In this document: piece after piece, positions 38,575 to 49,465 of the stretch
Position numbering within the stretch: position 1 is the first letter of the stretch
Layout: every line of letters begins with the position of its first letter
Assembly: GCA_030265395.1 (NCBI GenBank)
Contig: JARFYF010000066.1
Coordinates: 7,432,226 to 7,496,225 of the forward strand
Length of the DNA: 64,000 nt
From: Rhina ancylostomus
Taxonomy: Eukaryota
Reading direction: 5' to 3'
Made by a program: the position numbers and the translations under genes
The notes under the pieces: model-generated
Told to the model about the DNA's origin: nothing
What the model saw: the letters and a program-made list of their open reading frames with translations, nothing else
The model's database searches: none

Positions 38575-40318
38575 GTAAGTTACTTCAGTTTAACCTTCTG
38601 CCATATGACATCTGTTTTTAAATGTGTATCAAGCATTCCAGTTATAGACCATGTACCATGACAGCAACCTTGCCAATTCCAGTCAAGGAATTGGAGAGCC
38701 ATGTGTATGACATCAAGCTGAGCATTGAATCAATAAAGTAGAAGATTATTTCTTTCCCACTTAAGTCCCCACTGTGTCCAACCACTGCTTCCTCCAGCTG
38801 TTGGGATGGGATACTGATCAAGAATTTCTCCCAGGGCCAGTCAGTTCCACCCTACACGTGGCTGAGAGGCGGACTAGTGCTCAAACCTACTTTGACTGCC
38901 ACCCCACCTCAATGCCTGTCTCAAGATGGTGCATTTTGCAGAACCAATATGCTATCTGGCAGTTGAACTGAAGGGGTGAAATATGCCCAAGGGATTGGTT
39001 GATCCTGTCCCATTATGGTCTCTGCTGTTCTACTCTTATTCCAAGTGATTTCTGGCTAAAAGCAATAAACTGAAGTTCCATGATCTACACTGCATCACTT
39101 CCGAAACTGCATACAGCATTTGCAACTTGTTTCACTCTGTCCATCTGCCACGAAGTACTGATCTTGCCAGCTATATTTTGCTGTCACCCAGCTTCCTTTT
39201 TTGTCCAAGAAGCCACTGTGCCTAAATAGTGACTGTTTAACAATGGGATAGTGTTTTTGTATGTGATGTTAAGTACCATTCCAGCAATTTTGCAGAATAA
39301 TCAGGAAGTGTATATCACTCCTTTTACTTTTACTTCTCCTTCTCCCCCACCCCCCCCCCCCACCCACCCAAACCCTTAAATAGGAATTNNNNNNNNNNNN
39401 NNNNNNNNNNNNNNNNNNNNNNNNNNNNNNNNNNNNNNNNNNNNNNNNNNNNNNNNNNNNNNNNNNNNNNNNNNNNNNNNNNNNNNNNTCTCCTCCTCCC
39501 CCACCCCCCCCCCACCCACCCAAACCCTTAACTAGGAATTGAAGCCAGAAGCAGTATAAGTTGTTACTAATTGGAATCGTCTTAAATATCTACTGGAATG
39601 GAGCACCTGGTTTGACTAATTTGATAACTATTGGGCTGAATGCAGAATTCATTACACCCTAATTAGCCTGAAGGAAGGACAATGCAATGTGAGCCAGCTT
39701 CAAGGTTAATGGATAATTAAGGAAATCTATAAACTGAAGCTTCCAATTGTAATTATCCCCAATTGAGCAATTTTCAATGATTGCATGTCATGCAGTTATT
39801 TCCTTCAATGAATGTTATCGCAATGGAACTGGTATGGTCTGTGGGTTTAGTCTTAAGTGTCAGCAAGGAATCTTCACTGCCCAACACCCCTTGCAAACAA
39901 TCCTGAGGAATGTGGAACCTCTAACCCCTGGAAACTAGTCACAATAAGTTCAGCTAATCTTTGCAATTCTACTATTACTTGGGCTTGGAATAGCTAGGGG
40001 TTGGTTCTGGTTGGATTGCAGGAGCAGGGGGCCATCTAGTCTCCAAATGCCCAATTAGATTGAGGCTTATTTATGTTGACATCATCCTCTCAACAAAACC
40101 ATATTGAGTTGCATGATCTATAGAGAACACTTTTTATTACCAACTTTTGTGATGCTAGAAACTTTAAATCCTCAAACTTGGGGCTACAAATATTGCAAAA
40201 CAAATTAATTTCAAAATGGAAGCAGTTGGGTGAAGGCATGAAGATAGATTTTGACTTGTGGCCATTTGCCCCATCTAGCTTTTTGGCTCCGGGGTGATCC
40301 AGCTCCAGTTATTCCCTT

Positions 40319-40560
40319 GGGACAGCACGGTAGTGTAGTGTTAGTGTGGTGCTATTACAGTGCCAGCGATTAGGGCTTGATTCCCGTCGCTGTCTGTAAG
40401 GAGTTTGTACGTTCTCCCTGTGTCTGCGTGGGTTTCCTCTGGGTGCTCGGGTTTCCTCCCACATTCCAAAGACGTACGGGTAGGTTAATGTGGGGATTTA
40501 AAATGGGTGGCGTGAACTCATTGGGCCAAAAGGGCCTGTTACCACGCTGTAAATAACATT
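40319..40560 (+). mobile_element. Relatively young, full-length V-SINE (HE1-like) with CR1/HER1-type tail
   Basis: Head gggacagcacggtagtgtagtgttag, B-box-like ggcttgattcc, V-core, tail ttgggccaaaagggcctgttaccacgctgtaaataa; many CpGs retained. Confidence 0.9.
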
Positions 40561-40589
40561 TTAAAAATTTGTCCATCAGCTCTCCTGAT

Positions 40590-40775
40590 CCTTCTGCTGA
40601 CCACCTGTGTGTGTGTTTGTGTGTGTGGGGGGGGGTTATTTGCAGGAGCAAATTAACCTACCAGCATATTGTGGGAAGAAATTGGAGCACTTGGGGAGGG
40701 GAAGAGGGAAGGGGAAAGAGACCCACATGTTGCAGAAAATGTCTGAGGAGTCTGGATCAAACTTGGGTTGTTGGA
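40590..40775 (-). mobile_element. V-SINE, decayed, inverted next to the 40319 copy
   Basis: aattaacctaccagcatattgtgggaagaaattggagcac...ggatcaaacttggg. Confidence 0.6.
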
Positions 40776-42444
40776 GTTGTGCATCTTTTAAACCTGACTT
40801 CCAAGAGAAAGCTATTTATTATACTGTAGCTGATTTCTAGGTTTAAATTCTGTAGGCTTGAAACACACAGCTTGTCCTTGCATATAGAAGAGAACTGTTG
40901 TTTGTCATTTCTACTTCCCAAAGACAATCCAATAACCCAGATCCTACCCCTTCCAATTAAAATCTCTTTAGCTAAGCTACTTAGGGTGTGATATTCCTTT
41001 CATTTGGAAATGAGGATAAAAGGTGTGCATGGGAAGGTCAATGAAAAAGATTTGGTCAGGTTCTGTAAGATTACTTTCATTTTGACATGCTTCAATAGCA
41101 AAGCCATATTTCTGGCTAGAGCTAAATGTGGATTAATTAGTTGAAGTCCAAGTCTGAGATGGAGGATTTAGATTCTTAAGGAATACTCATTTAGTTACAC
41201 TTTAATTGTTAAATTGTTTGGCCTATATAAGATTTAGGTTTGATTGTGTCTTGGATCTGCAGAGTAGGTAATTGAATAATTAGTTAAATTGAAAGCATTG
41301 GCAGACTACCATCAAGTTGAATGTTTTGAACCAATACTTAAAACTGGAGTTTGAACTCTCTTTGAGTGGCAATTGTCTAAAATGATACTTTCACTGGATT
41401 GCACAGGGTTCTGCAGGCAGATTTGCATATGCTGGTTCAAAAATTGTGCTAACTGGCTTTAATAATATCCAGTGCTCTAATGAGATCGAGTGATTATGAT
41501 ACAAGGTGTACATTTTGTACTAAGTTAGCTTTTGACATCAGTGGGAACGAATCTCAGATCAAATGTATTCATGAGTGGGTGTAAAAGTTTACTTTTGCTA
41601 TTCACAAAATGCTGGAGAAGTCTTTTGTCCCTGAACCTTGATCTCTGAAGCTGAAACTCTCATGTTAATGGCGTTGGGTGTAAATTTATCCAGTGAACTA
41701 TGCTTTACATTTGCAGCAAGTTTTACAAATCATTTCAGCAGGGAACTGGAAACCCAAAGAATTAAAATTGCTACATAACAGTGGGCTGATTCATTGTTGG
41801 CACAGAGCCAAGAACTTGCAACCTAATCTTGCTCTTTCTACTTGCTCTGGTACTGAAAGCAACTAATACAAAGGTTGCACTTTATAACTCCTGAATTGAG
41901 CTTAATTAACCATTTAAGCTAAACATTTCTTGACATCAGAGAACCTGCAAGATATTTGCCACTTCCCTTAGGCACTACTGTCAACGATGCTTTTAGACCA
42001 ATGAGCTGTTGTGAGAATTTTTCAGGTCAAGGGATGAATATGTATCTTGCTCCACACAGCGATGGGAAACAATTTGCTACACTAGAAATAGTGAGATTGG
42101 ACTAAGTGCCAACAACATGCAATGACTAGTTTTGGAATGTTTTTGAAACTTCAGTGAAAGTCAGAATAATCTGTTCAAAAGGAATGTTAATACCTCTGCC
42201 TAATAAACAAGGGCATTGATTTAACTGTTTAAATGTACAGTATGTAATCTTGTTCAGTTGATGAATTCTAAAACTGCTAGATGCCAACTTTGCTTGAGGC
42301 TGTGATCTTAATGCAAACTATGGGTTAAGAGGCCATGGGTAGTGTCAGAATGTGTGTTTGCAGAACCAGGTCAGTGCTCTTAAAGGTGTGGCTGCTACAT
42401 GATGCAACAGTATAAATGTTGGTATGTAATCTAAACCAACCTAA

Positions 42445-42679
42445 GGGCAGCAGTGAGGCATATCTAGAACTGCAGGCTCGTAGCTGCAGTGACCCAGGTT
42501 CAATCCTGAATGCTGTACAAACTACACACAATACCTTTCTCCCTGCCTCTGTAGAGGCATCCCCCTGGCTGTTCCACTCTCTTCCCATATCCCTCAAAGA
42601 CGTGCGGGTTAATTGCCGAATGTTTATTGCCCCTGGTGGTGCATGTGAGGGCACGAATCTGGGGGGGGGGGTATGGAAG
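42445..42679 (+). mobile_element. V-SINE, decayed
   Basis: gggcagcagtg...gacccaggttcaatcctga...tcccatatccctcaaagacgtgcgggtt. Confidence 0.7.
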
Positions 42680-42769
42680 NNNNNNNNNNNNNNNNNNNNN
42701 NNNNNNNNNNNNNNNNNNNNNNNNNNNNNNNNNNNNNNNNNNNNNNNNNNNNNNNNNNNNNNNNNNNNN

Positions 42770-43095
42770 GTGAGAGACAACTTAAGATCTAGGGAGTAGA
42801 ATGTTGAGTCCATCTGGGTAGATATTAAGAATAGTAAAGGGGGGAAATCACTGGTGGGAGTTGTCTATAGGCCACCAAATAACTTTGCATGGGGGTGGGG
42901 TTGCATAGTAGGAGAATTGAGGGTTATGGAGAAAAGCCAGGTAGGTGGATCTGAGGCCACAGTCATATCAGCCATTATCTCATTGAATGGTAGAGTAGGC
43001 TCGACAGGCCAGATGGCCGATGCCTATTCCTTGTGTTCTTGGAATGAAGTAGGATTAGTGTAAATAGGTAGTTGATGATAGGCATGGACTCTGTG
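42770..43095 (+). mobile_element. CR1 fragments (endonuclease piece and 3' tails)
   Basis: VESIWVDIKNSKGGKSLVGVVYRPPN (42804-42881), followed by cagcc...ttgaatggtagagtaggctcgacaggccagatggcc tail. Confidence 0.75.
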
Positions 43096-43122
43096 TTCCC
43101 ATTTTCTGATTTAAAGATGGCC

Positions 43123-43225
43123 CAGTCTCAACCCGAAACCTCGACTGTTCATTCCCCTCCACAGATGCTGCCTGACCCACTGAGTTCCTCCAGCACTTTA
43201 TTTTGTTGCTCTGATTTTCTGATTG
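43123..43225 (+). mobile_element. Penelope-pLTR-derived fragment with partial hammerhead motif, ~100 bp upstream of exon 6
   Basis: GTCTCA ACCC GAAA C CTC GACTG followed by ccacagatgctgcctgacccactgagttcctccagcac. Confidence 0.7.
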
Positions 43226-43324
43226 CCCAGAGTTGAGGGTTGGAGGTATTTGATTAACATTTGAATGTTGCATTTTTTTTTGAAGTGACTAAAAAGCTAT
43301 AAAATTTTGTGTTCCATGTTTCAG

Positions 43325-43473
43325 ATGACCTTGCAGGAACAGCACTGATCCCTGCATCTCCAGAGGCCTGGGCTCCCTATCCACTGTACACAACAGAACT
43401 GACCCCTGCCATCCCACATGCTGCGTTCACCTACCCCGCTGCTGCTGCTGCAGCTGCTGCACTTCACGCTCAG
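43325..43473 (+). CDS. RBPMS2: RBPMS2 coding exon 6: (Y)[49 protein letters not shown]
   Basis: Acceptor gttccatgtttcAG ends at 43324 and donor GTAACT starts at 43474; 149 nt, phase 1-0, completing the split Tyr codon (T|AT). Visible in ORF 43309..43554. Confidence 0.97.
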
Positions 43474-44699
43474 GTAACTAATGGTAGCTGTGTCAGCAGC
43501 CCAGCACTTCCAACACCACTCCGCACAGGTCCTGATTTATTCCTTTTAGTCTGATCACAATGCAACTTTTTTTTTGTACCTAATCGATCACAGTTTTCTT
43601 ACTAATACACAGGCCCAATCCAACGGACTGCATCATTGCCAACCCCTACTGCATTGTCAGATTTGCATGGATCACCTTTACTTTGGATCTGGGTGGGGTG
43701 GGGCATTAAAGGTGCTGTCACTGGTCTAGAATGAGCTAGACACGCCTTATTTTCAGGGGTCAAAGGCTTGTGGTTGTGCAGGATAAACTTCAAGCAAGAA
43801 TGGATTATTAAAAGAATTCAGTAAGTAAATCCAGATTTTTTTTGAATTTACAACTGTATTTTTAATAACTTGCATATGAACAGTACATTGCTTGTAGGGA
43901 ATTCCTTGCAGGTGAATTAAATTCAGTCAATAATTGGAAAAAGACATTTGCAAATTGCGAAATGTTTAAAGTCTTCTGTGGGAGCAGTTTGCCAAGTTGC
44001 CCAGAGCCAAACTGATGCATAAAGGTGCACATTGCACTGCCTGGCCTTTGGACTGGGAATGGATAGTATTGCTTGGATACACAGCAACCAAGGTAGGTGC
44101 TTCCTCCTGTGGTGACTTGGATGCATCGGACTGAAATGTATCCTTTTAATGAAGAAGTGTGTGAAGATATTTCCCTCAATTGGGTTCCACTGAAGCCAGC
44201 ACATTGCATTTGCAGCATATAAATAGATTTCTACCTAATTGAACTCTCCAGTGTTTTTCAAGTGTGAGCCTTTAAGCCTGCCTGTCCTTTTAGTAAATAA
44301 AAACCTACTGCATGATTTGACCTCCTGAAGGAAGATGGGTGTTTGGGTGACAGTTGTGGTCAGGAAGTTTATAATTTCACTTAGAACTCCTAGGAAAGAT
44401 CCTTTCCAAAGCATTTACCCATTCATTGGTACAGATTTGGGGAGCAGTCATTAAAACTTTGCAAATGGATTAACTGCAAGGAAACTGGCACTGATTTGCC
44501 AATGGGAACACTGCAGTATTGAAATTTCCCCAATCAAATAATTGGGGGTTTTGAGCTGGATGTTATCTCCAGGTGCAAGAATTGGTTGGGGGGGGGGGGG
44601 TGTGGGGATGATTTAGTCCTCTATATTTTAAAAAAAAAATGATCAGGGGCCCAGGTGCAAAGGAGAGCCAATGGAAATCTACTTCAAGTTGTGTTGAAG

Positions 44700-44860
44700 T
44701 GCATTGAGCTGATGATGATTTTGGCCACATTTGCCCCTTGAACACTCAGTTGTTTAAATAACATCGCCTTCCTGGGATCTTGCTATGCAAATCACTTTTT
44801 CTCTAAAGTAACACTATTCCATTAGCTGAAAGCACTTTGTCTTGAGGTAGTCTTCATGAA
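44700..44860 (+). mobile_element. Old Deu-domain SINE-like remnant
   Basis: ttggccacatttgcccct...ctgggatcttgctatgcaaat...attagctgaaagcactttg resembles the DeuSINE core as I recall it; heavily decayed. Confidence 0.35.
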
Positions 44861-45927
44861 GCTGGATGTGTTGCTGCTGAGATCATGCCAACTGGATGTG
44901 TGAATTCTCATTGGTTTAACACAATGCATCTGGAGCACATCAGTTGTGAACCAGATACCAAGAGGATTAGTTAATTACTCTGCACACTAGATTGAGTTGT
45001 AGGTTTCAGTTTGGTATGTGGACTTGTTTGACTGGGGCCAATTCTTCTAGATTGAGTTGTAGATGGACCAAATGCACCAGCTGATCCAGCCTGTCCTTGT
45101 TAAGTCATCTTGGCCTGCTCCATCACTGGAACCTATTTGTGCTCCCACTTGATCCAGGATCAGTGTTAGTGAAGCTTGCTCTTAAACACTGACCACAAGT
45201 CTAATGTTACAGAGCTCCCATGGTCCTTGGCAGCACTTCTAGTTTTTGTGAATTACTTTCTTTTGGCACTTCTTCACATGAGTATCCACTGAAGTTTCTG
45301 CATCTCTGGTTTGAAACCAATTTTTAAAGAAAAGCATTTTATTCTCAGCCAGACTGCATGCCCCCTACTAATTGGAGGCACTGCTTTGCTAGAACGAACT
45401 GAAGTTCTTGAAGTGGTTCTCTTGTGTTCAGATTGATCAGAATGCCTTGACACTGGTGTTTAAAATGAGTGGTCTTACTGAAACACAAGATGCTATGGAA
45501 GGGGTTTGATGGGCTGTTTGAGAATGTCCACCCAGTAGGGGTTGAGGCAAGGCTTGGAATTAGGAGGTGATATCAGGTTGAAGGAATAATCATTAAAGAC
45601 TGGTGAATCAGAAGGTTGTGAATCTTTAAATTGTTTACTTTATCTATGGATGTAAAAATGTTTAATTAAAGCGGAGATTTTTGACTAGGTGCTTGGAATG
45701 ACTGGGTAGAAAATCTAGTTTGGGACTAACCATTGTGTGAGCTATTATTGAATAAATTGGAATGTTTTGAGGGGTTACATGCCCTTCTCCACTATGTTTA
45801 CACTTGGCATTCTCAGTCCCAAAAATGCATTGTGTGAGAGTGCCTTTTTCAAATGTGGATGCATCTTGCAGCATTGCTTTATAAAGTGGTAAATGACTTT
45901 ATCCCAAAAGCCAACAAATAGGGAATT

Positions 45928-46537
45928 TGTAGCGACACACACAAAATGCTGGAAGAACTCAGCTGGTCAGGCAGCATCTATGGAGGGAAATGTACAGTCG
46001 ACGTTTTGGGTCGAGACCCTACGTCAGGAGTGGGGAGGAAAAGGGCAGAAGCCAACCTCCTTCCCTTTTATTCCATGGTCTACTGTCCTCCCTTATAATA
46101 TTCCTTCTCTATCCCTTTTTTGCCCCTTCCACATGGACACAGACACACCTTTTAGTATAGTGGTTAGCGTAATGTTATTACAGTGCCAGCATCCTCTGTG
46201 TGGGTTTCCTCCGGGTGCTCCAGTTTCCTCCCACGTTCCAAAGACAAACGGGTTAGGAAGTTGTGGGCGTGCTATGTTGGTGCCAGACGTGTGGCAACAC
46301 TTGCAGGCTGCCTCTGAACACTCCACACAAAAGATGCATTTCACCGTGTGTTTTGATGTACATGTGACTACTAAAGATCTTATCTCATTCTGGCTTCTGC
46401 CCTCTTTCTGTCCAGTCCTGATGAAGGATCTCGACCCACAATGTCAACTGTTTTTCCTTCCATAGATGCTGCCTGACCTGAGTCCCTCCAGCATTTTGTG
46501 TTGCTCAGATTCAAGCATCTGCAGAACCTCTCATCTC
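45928..46537. mobile_element. Penelope-derived element with inverted pLTR, two hammerhead-like motifs, a 13-bp TSD and a nested SINE
   Basis: TSD CAAATAGGGAATT at 45915-45927 and 46538-46550; inverted arms at ~45935-46053 and ~46390-46500; hammerhead-like motifs at 45995-46032 (-) and 46413-46450 (+). Confidence 0.8.
46150..46387 (+). mobile_element. V-SINE with Rex1-like tail, nested in the Penelope-derived element
   Basis: tagtatagtggttagcgtaatg head, V-core gggtttcctccgggtgctccagtttcctcccac, tail gtacatgtgactactaaagatc. Confidence 0.85.
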
Positions 46538-46749
46538 CAAATAGGGAATTGGTATTGGAATTGTCTGTTTGCTGCTTTGTTTGTCATGAGGCTTGCATGA
46601 TTCAACTTTGTCTAGTAATAGTTTAAGCAAATGACTTTAAATTCAGTTCAAAAGCCGTCCAAAACCCTCTACTTGTGGAAAATGCCTTCTATTTGATCCT
46701 TGGTGATATTGACCAACTTGGAAGGGAAAGTGCCAAATTTTAATTATTG

Positions 46750-47480
46750 ATTCATCTTGAAATCATGGAAACTTCTGTAGAAAGGTGGGCCTTGTTGGTG
46801 AGCTGCTTCTGATTTGATCAGTTTGTTTGAAGCTTGCTGGCAATGCCACTTTGTTTCATCACCAGACTTGGCTAGATGGGCAAATGTTGCAATGCCCAAC
46901 TTCCACCCTCTAAAATTTGAGCGCAAAATCTTGGCCATTCCTAGCCTAGTCCTGTGCAGAGTAGTGCCATCTTTGTGCTCCCTGACATTGGCTCCTGCTC
47001 TAGCAAATGTCTTGTTATCTCAAGTCCCTCCTCATCTTGGTAACTGCTCCGGCCTTGCAACACTAGATCTCTGCTCCTGCAGTTTAGTTCTGTTCCTGTT
47101 CACTGGTTGCTGTGCATTCTGATGGAGCCCAAGACAATTTTGTTCTTGATCAAGAGTTTCCCATTTGAATATCATTTTAATCTTTGCTGGGTTAAATTTA
47201 ACACTCCAGTGATTCTCTTTGCATTTGTTGCCTCCAAGTTTTAAATGCACTTTTGGACTGTTCAAGTCCAAAGAATAGAAATTGAGCTTCCTGATAAGGG
47301 CCTGGATTGATTCACCAATGTCGTGTATGAACTGCTCTGCAAAGGACAACTAGCATGTGCTCTTCTGAGACAGTCGCAGACTATGGGTCAAGAGCAAATA
47401 AGCTCATTCTTGTTCACCTTGAAGGTCGATTTTAAATTACATTATTGGGACTTGATGACCTACATCCCACAATTTGAGTA
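46750..47480 (-). mobile_element. Decayed Gypsy-like gag remnant
   Basis: Minus ORF 47032..47349 has HDIGESIQALIRKL, similar to the gag QxxGESxxxFxxxL motif. Confidence 0.3.
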
Positions 47481-47519
47481 TTGCTATGGAGACTGGATTT
47501 GCTAGTTGTCATGCAAAAT

Positions 47520-47995
47520 TCTATGGATTATAGTTGTACAGTATGGAAATGGGGCCCTTCAGCCCAACTGCTCCATGCAAACCAAGATTCTCATGTAAAC
47601 TAGTACCATTCACTTGCATTTAGCCCATCTCTGTAAACCTTTCCTATCCCTGAACCTCCCAAGAACCCTTTNNNNNNNNNNNNNNNNNNNNNNNNNNNNN
47701 NNNNNNNNNNNNNNNNNNNNNNNNNNNNNNNNNNNNNNNNNNNNNNNNNNNNNNNNNNNNNNNNNNNNNNNNNNNNNNNNNNNNNNNNNNNNNNNNNNNN
47801 NNNNNNNNNNNNNNNNNNNNNNNNNNNNNNNNNNNNNNNNNNNNNNNNNNTCATGATTTTTGTACACCCCTCTTTCCCCTCACTCTCCAGTGGCAGTAAA
47901 ACAAGTCCCAACCTGCTCAACCTCTCTCCATAACTCCATTCCATGGGTCCCAGTGATATCCTTGTAAATCTGCACTTTTTCCCAGTTTAATGGCA
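47520..47995 (-). mobile_element. CR1 LINE 3' fragment spanning a gap
   Basis: Minus ORF WSYGERLSRLGL; inverse tail ggcccttcagcccaac. Confidence 0.75.
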
Positions 47996-47999
47996 TCTT

Positions 48000-49465
48000 G
48001 AATAGTTCCCACAGGATTGGAAGGTAGTAAATGTAACAATAAAGGGAGGAAAAATTGGAATTAGCCAAACACTGCAGTAATCAACATACTGGAATTTATT
48101 AAGTGGTAATAGTGCATGGAATAATAGAATTGGCTAGAGTCAAAATGGCTCAGGAGGAGGCCATTAAGCCCAAGTCCATGCTGGCTCCCAGTGGAACATT
48201 TGTATTAATTCCCTTGTACCCCATGTATATGTTCCATCCCTCTCTTTAAGACTTCCTATTTTGGTTCTTTTGCCACTTGTACTAAAGTGTAATTTGCAAC
48301 AGCCATTGACCCTGCCAGCATGTATTTGGGGTATGGAAGGAAACCCTCAGTTACAGGGAAGATTTGGTATCCACACACAGCATCCAAGACATGGATTGAA
48401 CCTGTGTCCCTGGACCCAAGGCAACAGTGTTAACTATGCTTCTGCTCTCCCACTGTAATTGTTGGCTCGGACATTATAAACTAGTAGAAGAGGTTGTAGT
48501 GAACCAGTTGGTGCTCTTGGGCTTCCAGGAGGTCTTTAAGAATCCACACAAGACAATACACTAAATGTTGTTTAATTGTGGGTGATTGGACTGAGTATTA
48601 GCAAGCAAACTGGAATCAAAAGGCAACATCAAAATGAAGATGAGTAAGATAAGACAAGTATTGGTGTTGGGTCCCAGCTGTTCCCAATGTCCATTTGAAT
48701 ATTTGGGTGACAGGATAAATTGTAATATTCAGGTTTGCTGAAATTAGGTGGTAGTGTGGGCTGAGGGATTTGCTGGTCTACATTTAAGAGTCTGTAGACA
48801 GGTTGGATAGGCAAGGAGATGTGGGAAAAATTAACTTTTAAATGATGAGAGATGAAAGTTGAGGAATTGTTTCAGTGTGCACTAATCTGGTTATGCAGGC
48901 ACAAGGAGCATTTACGAAAAGCATTTGTCCATCCTTGCAAGAGGATTTGAGTGCAGGATATTGCTTGATCCAATTACATACAGCCTGGGTGAGACTTCAG
49001 ATTGGGTACTGTGTACAGATCTGGTCTTCCAACTTGAGCAATGATGTATTTCTAGTGGGAATGCAGTGAGGTTTCTAGATTGATTCCAGAGTGGTGAGTT
49101 TGTATGAGGAGAGGCTTAGCAGACCAGATCTAGACACCCGAGCTTAAACAAAAAGAGGAGATCTCGCTGAAATGTCAAGCCTTGCAAGAGTTTTGCACAG
49201 GGTAGATGTGGCATGCTTCCTCAGGCTGGGTAGCTAGAACCAGGGGTTGGCCTTAAAATAAGGAGCTAGCCATTCAAGGCTGAGATGAAGAAACTTCAGA
49301 GGGCAGGTGAATCTAACCAGAGAGGGTCAGTTTCCAAGTGCATTCAAGACAAGTTGATTTTTTTTTAAAGGGTTAATGGATTATAGGTTAGTGCAGGAAA
49401 AATACCAAGTTACAATACCCACTATGAATGTTGGAACAGGCACGAGAGACTAGGTGGCCTGCTGT
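48000..49465 (+). mobile_element. Decayed CR1 LINE RT/3' region with a nested minus-strand V-SINE (~48155-48450)
   Basis: VPTGLE/DWK-like region at ~48005; VRLQIGYCVQIWS (ORF 48875..49069); YEERLSR at ~49103; CR1 tail at ~49420-49465. Confidence 0.75.

Noticed and set aside
39340-39540. Direct repeat ...cccacccacccaaaccctta(a/c)taggaatt on both sides of a 100-N gap
   Set aside because: Typical overlap of contig ends at a poly-C tract, probably an assembly artefact. Many gaps here abut poly-G/C runs.
40319-40400. tRNA gene (A/B-box-like sequence)
   Set aside because: It is the tRNA-derived head of a SINE: it runs into the V-core and LINE-like tail, with no full cloverleaf.
46413-46450. Annotating an active ribozyme ncRNA at this locus
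   Set aside because: The GAAA core is mutated to ACAA and helix II is disrupted. Every copy in the window has a core mutation or truncation, so it is reported only as a decayed motif.
45893-46465. 190-aa ORF
   Set aside because: A chance frame across a Penelope-derived repeat and a nested SINE.
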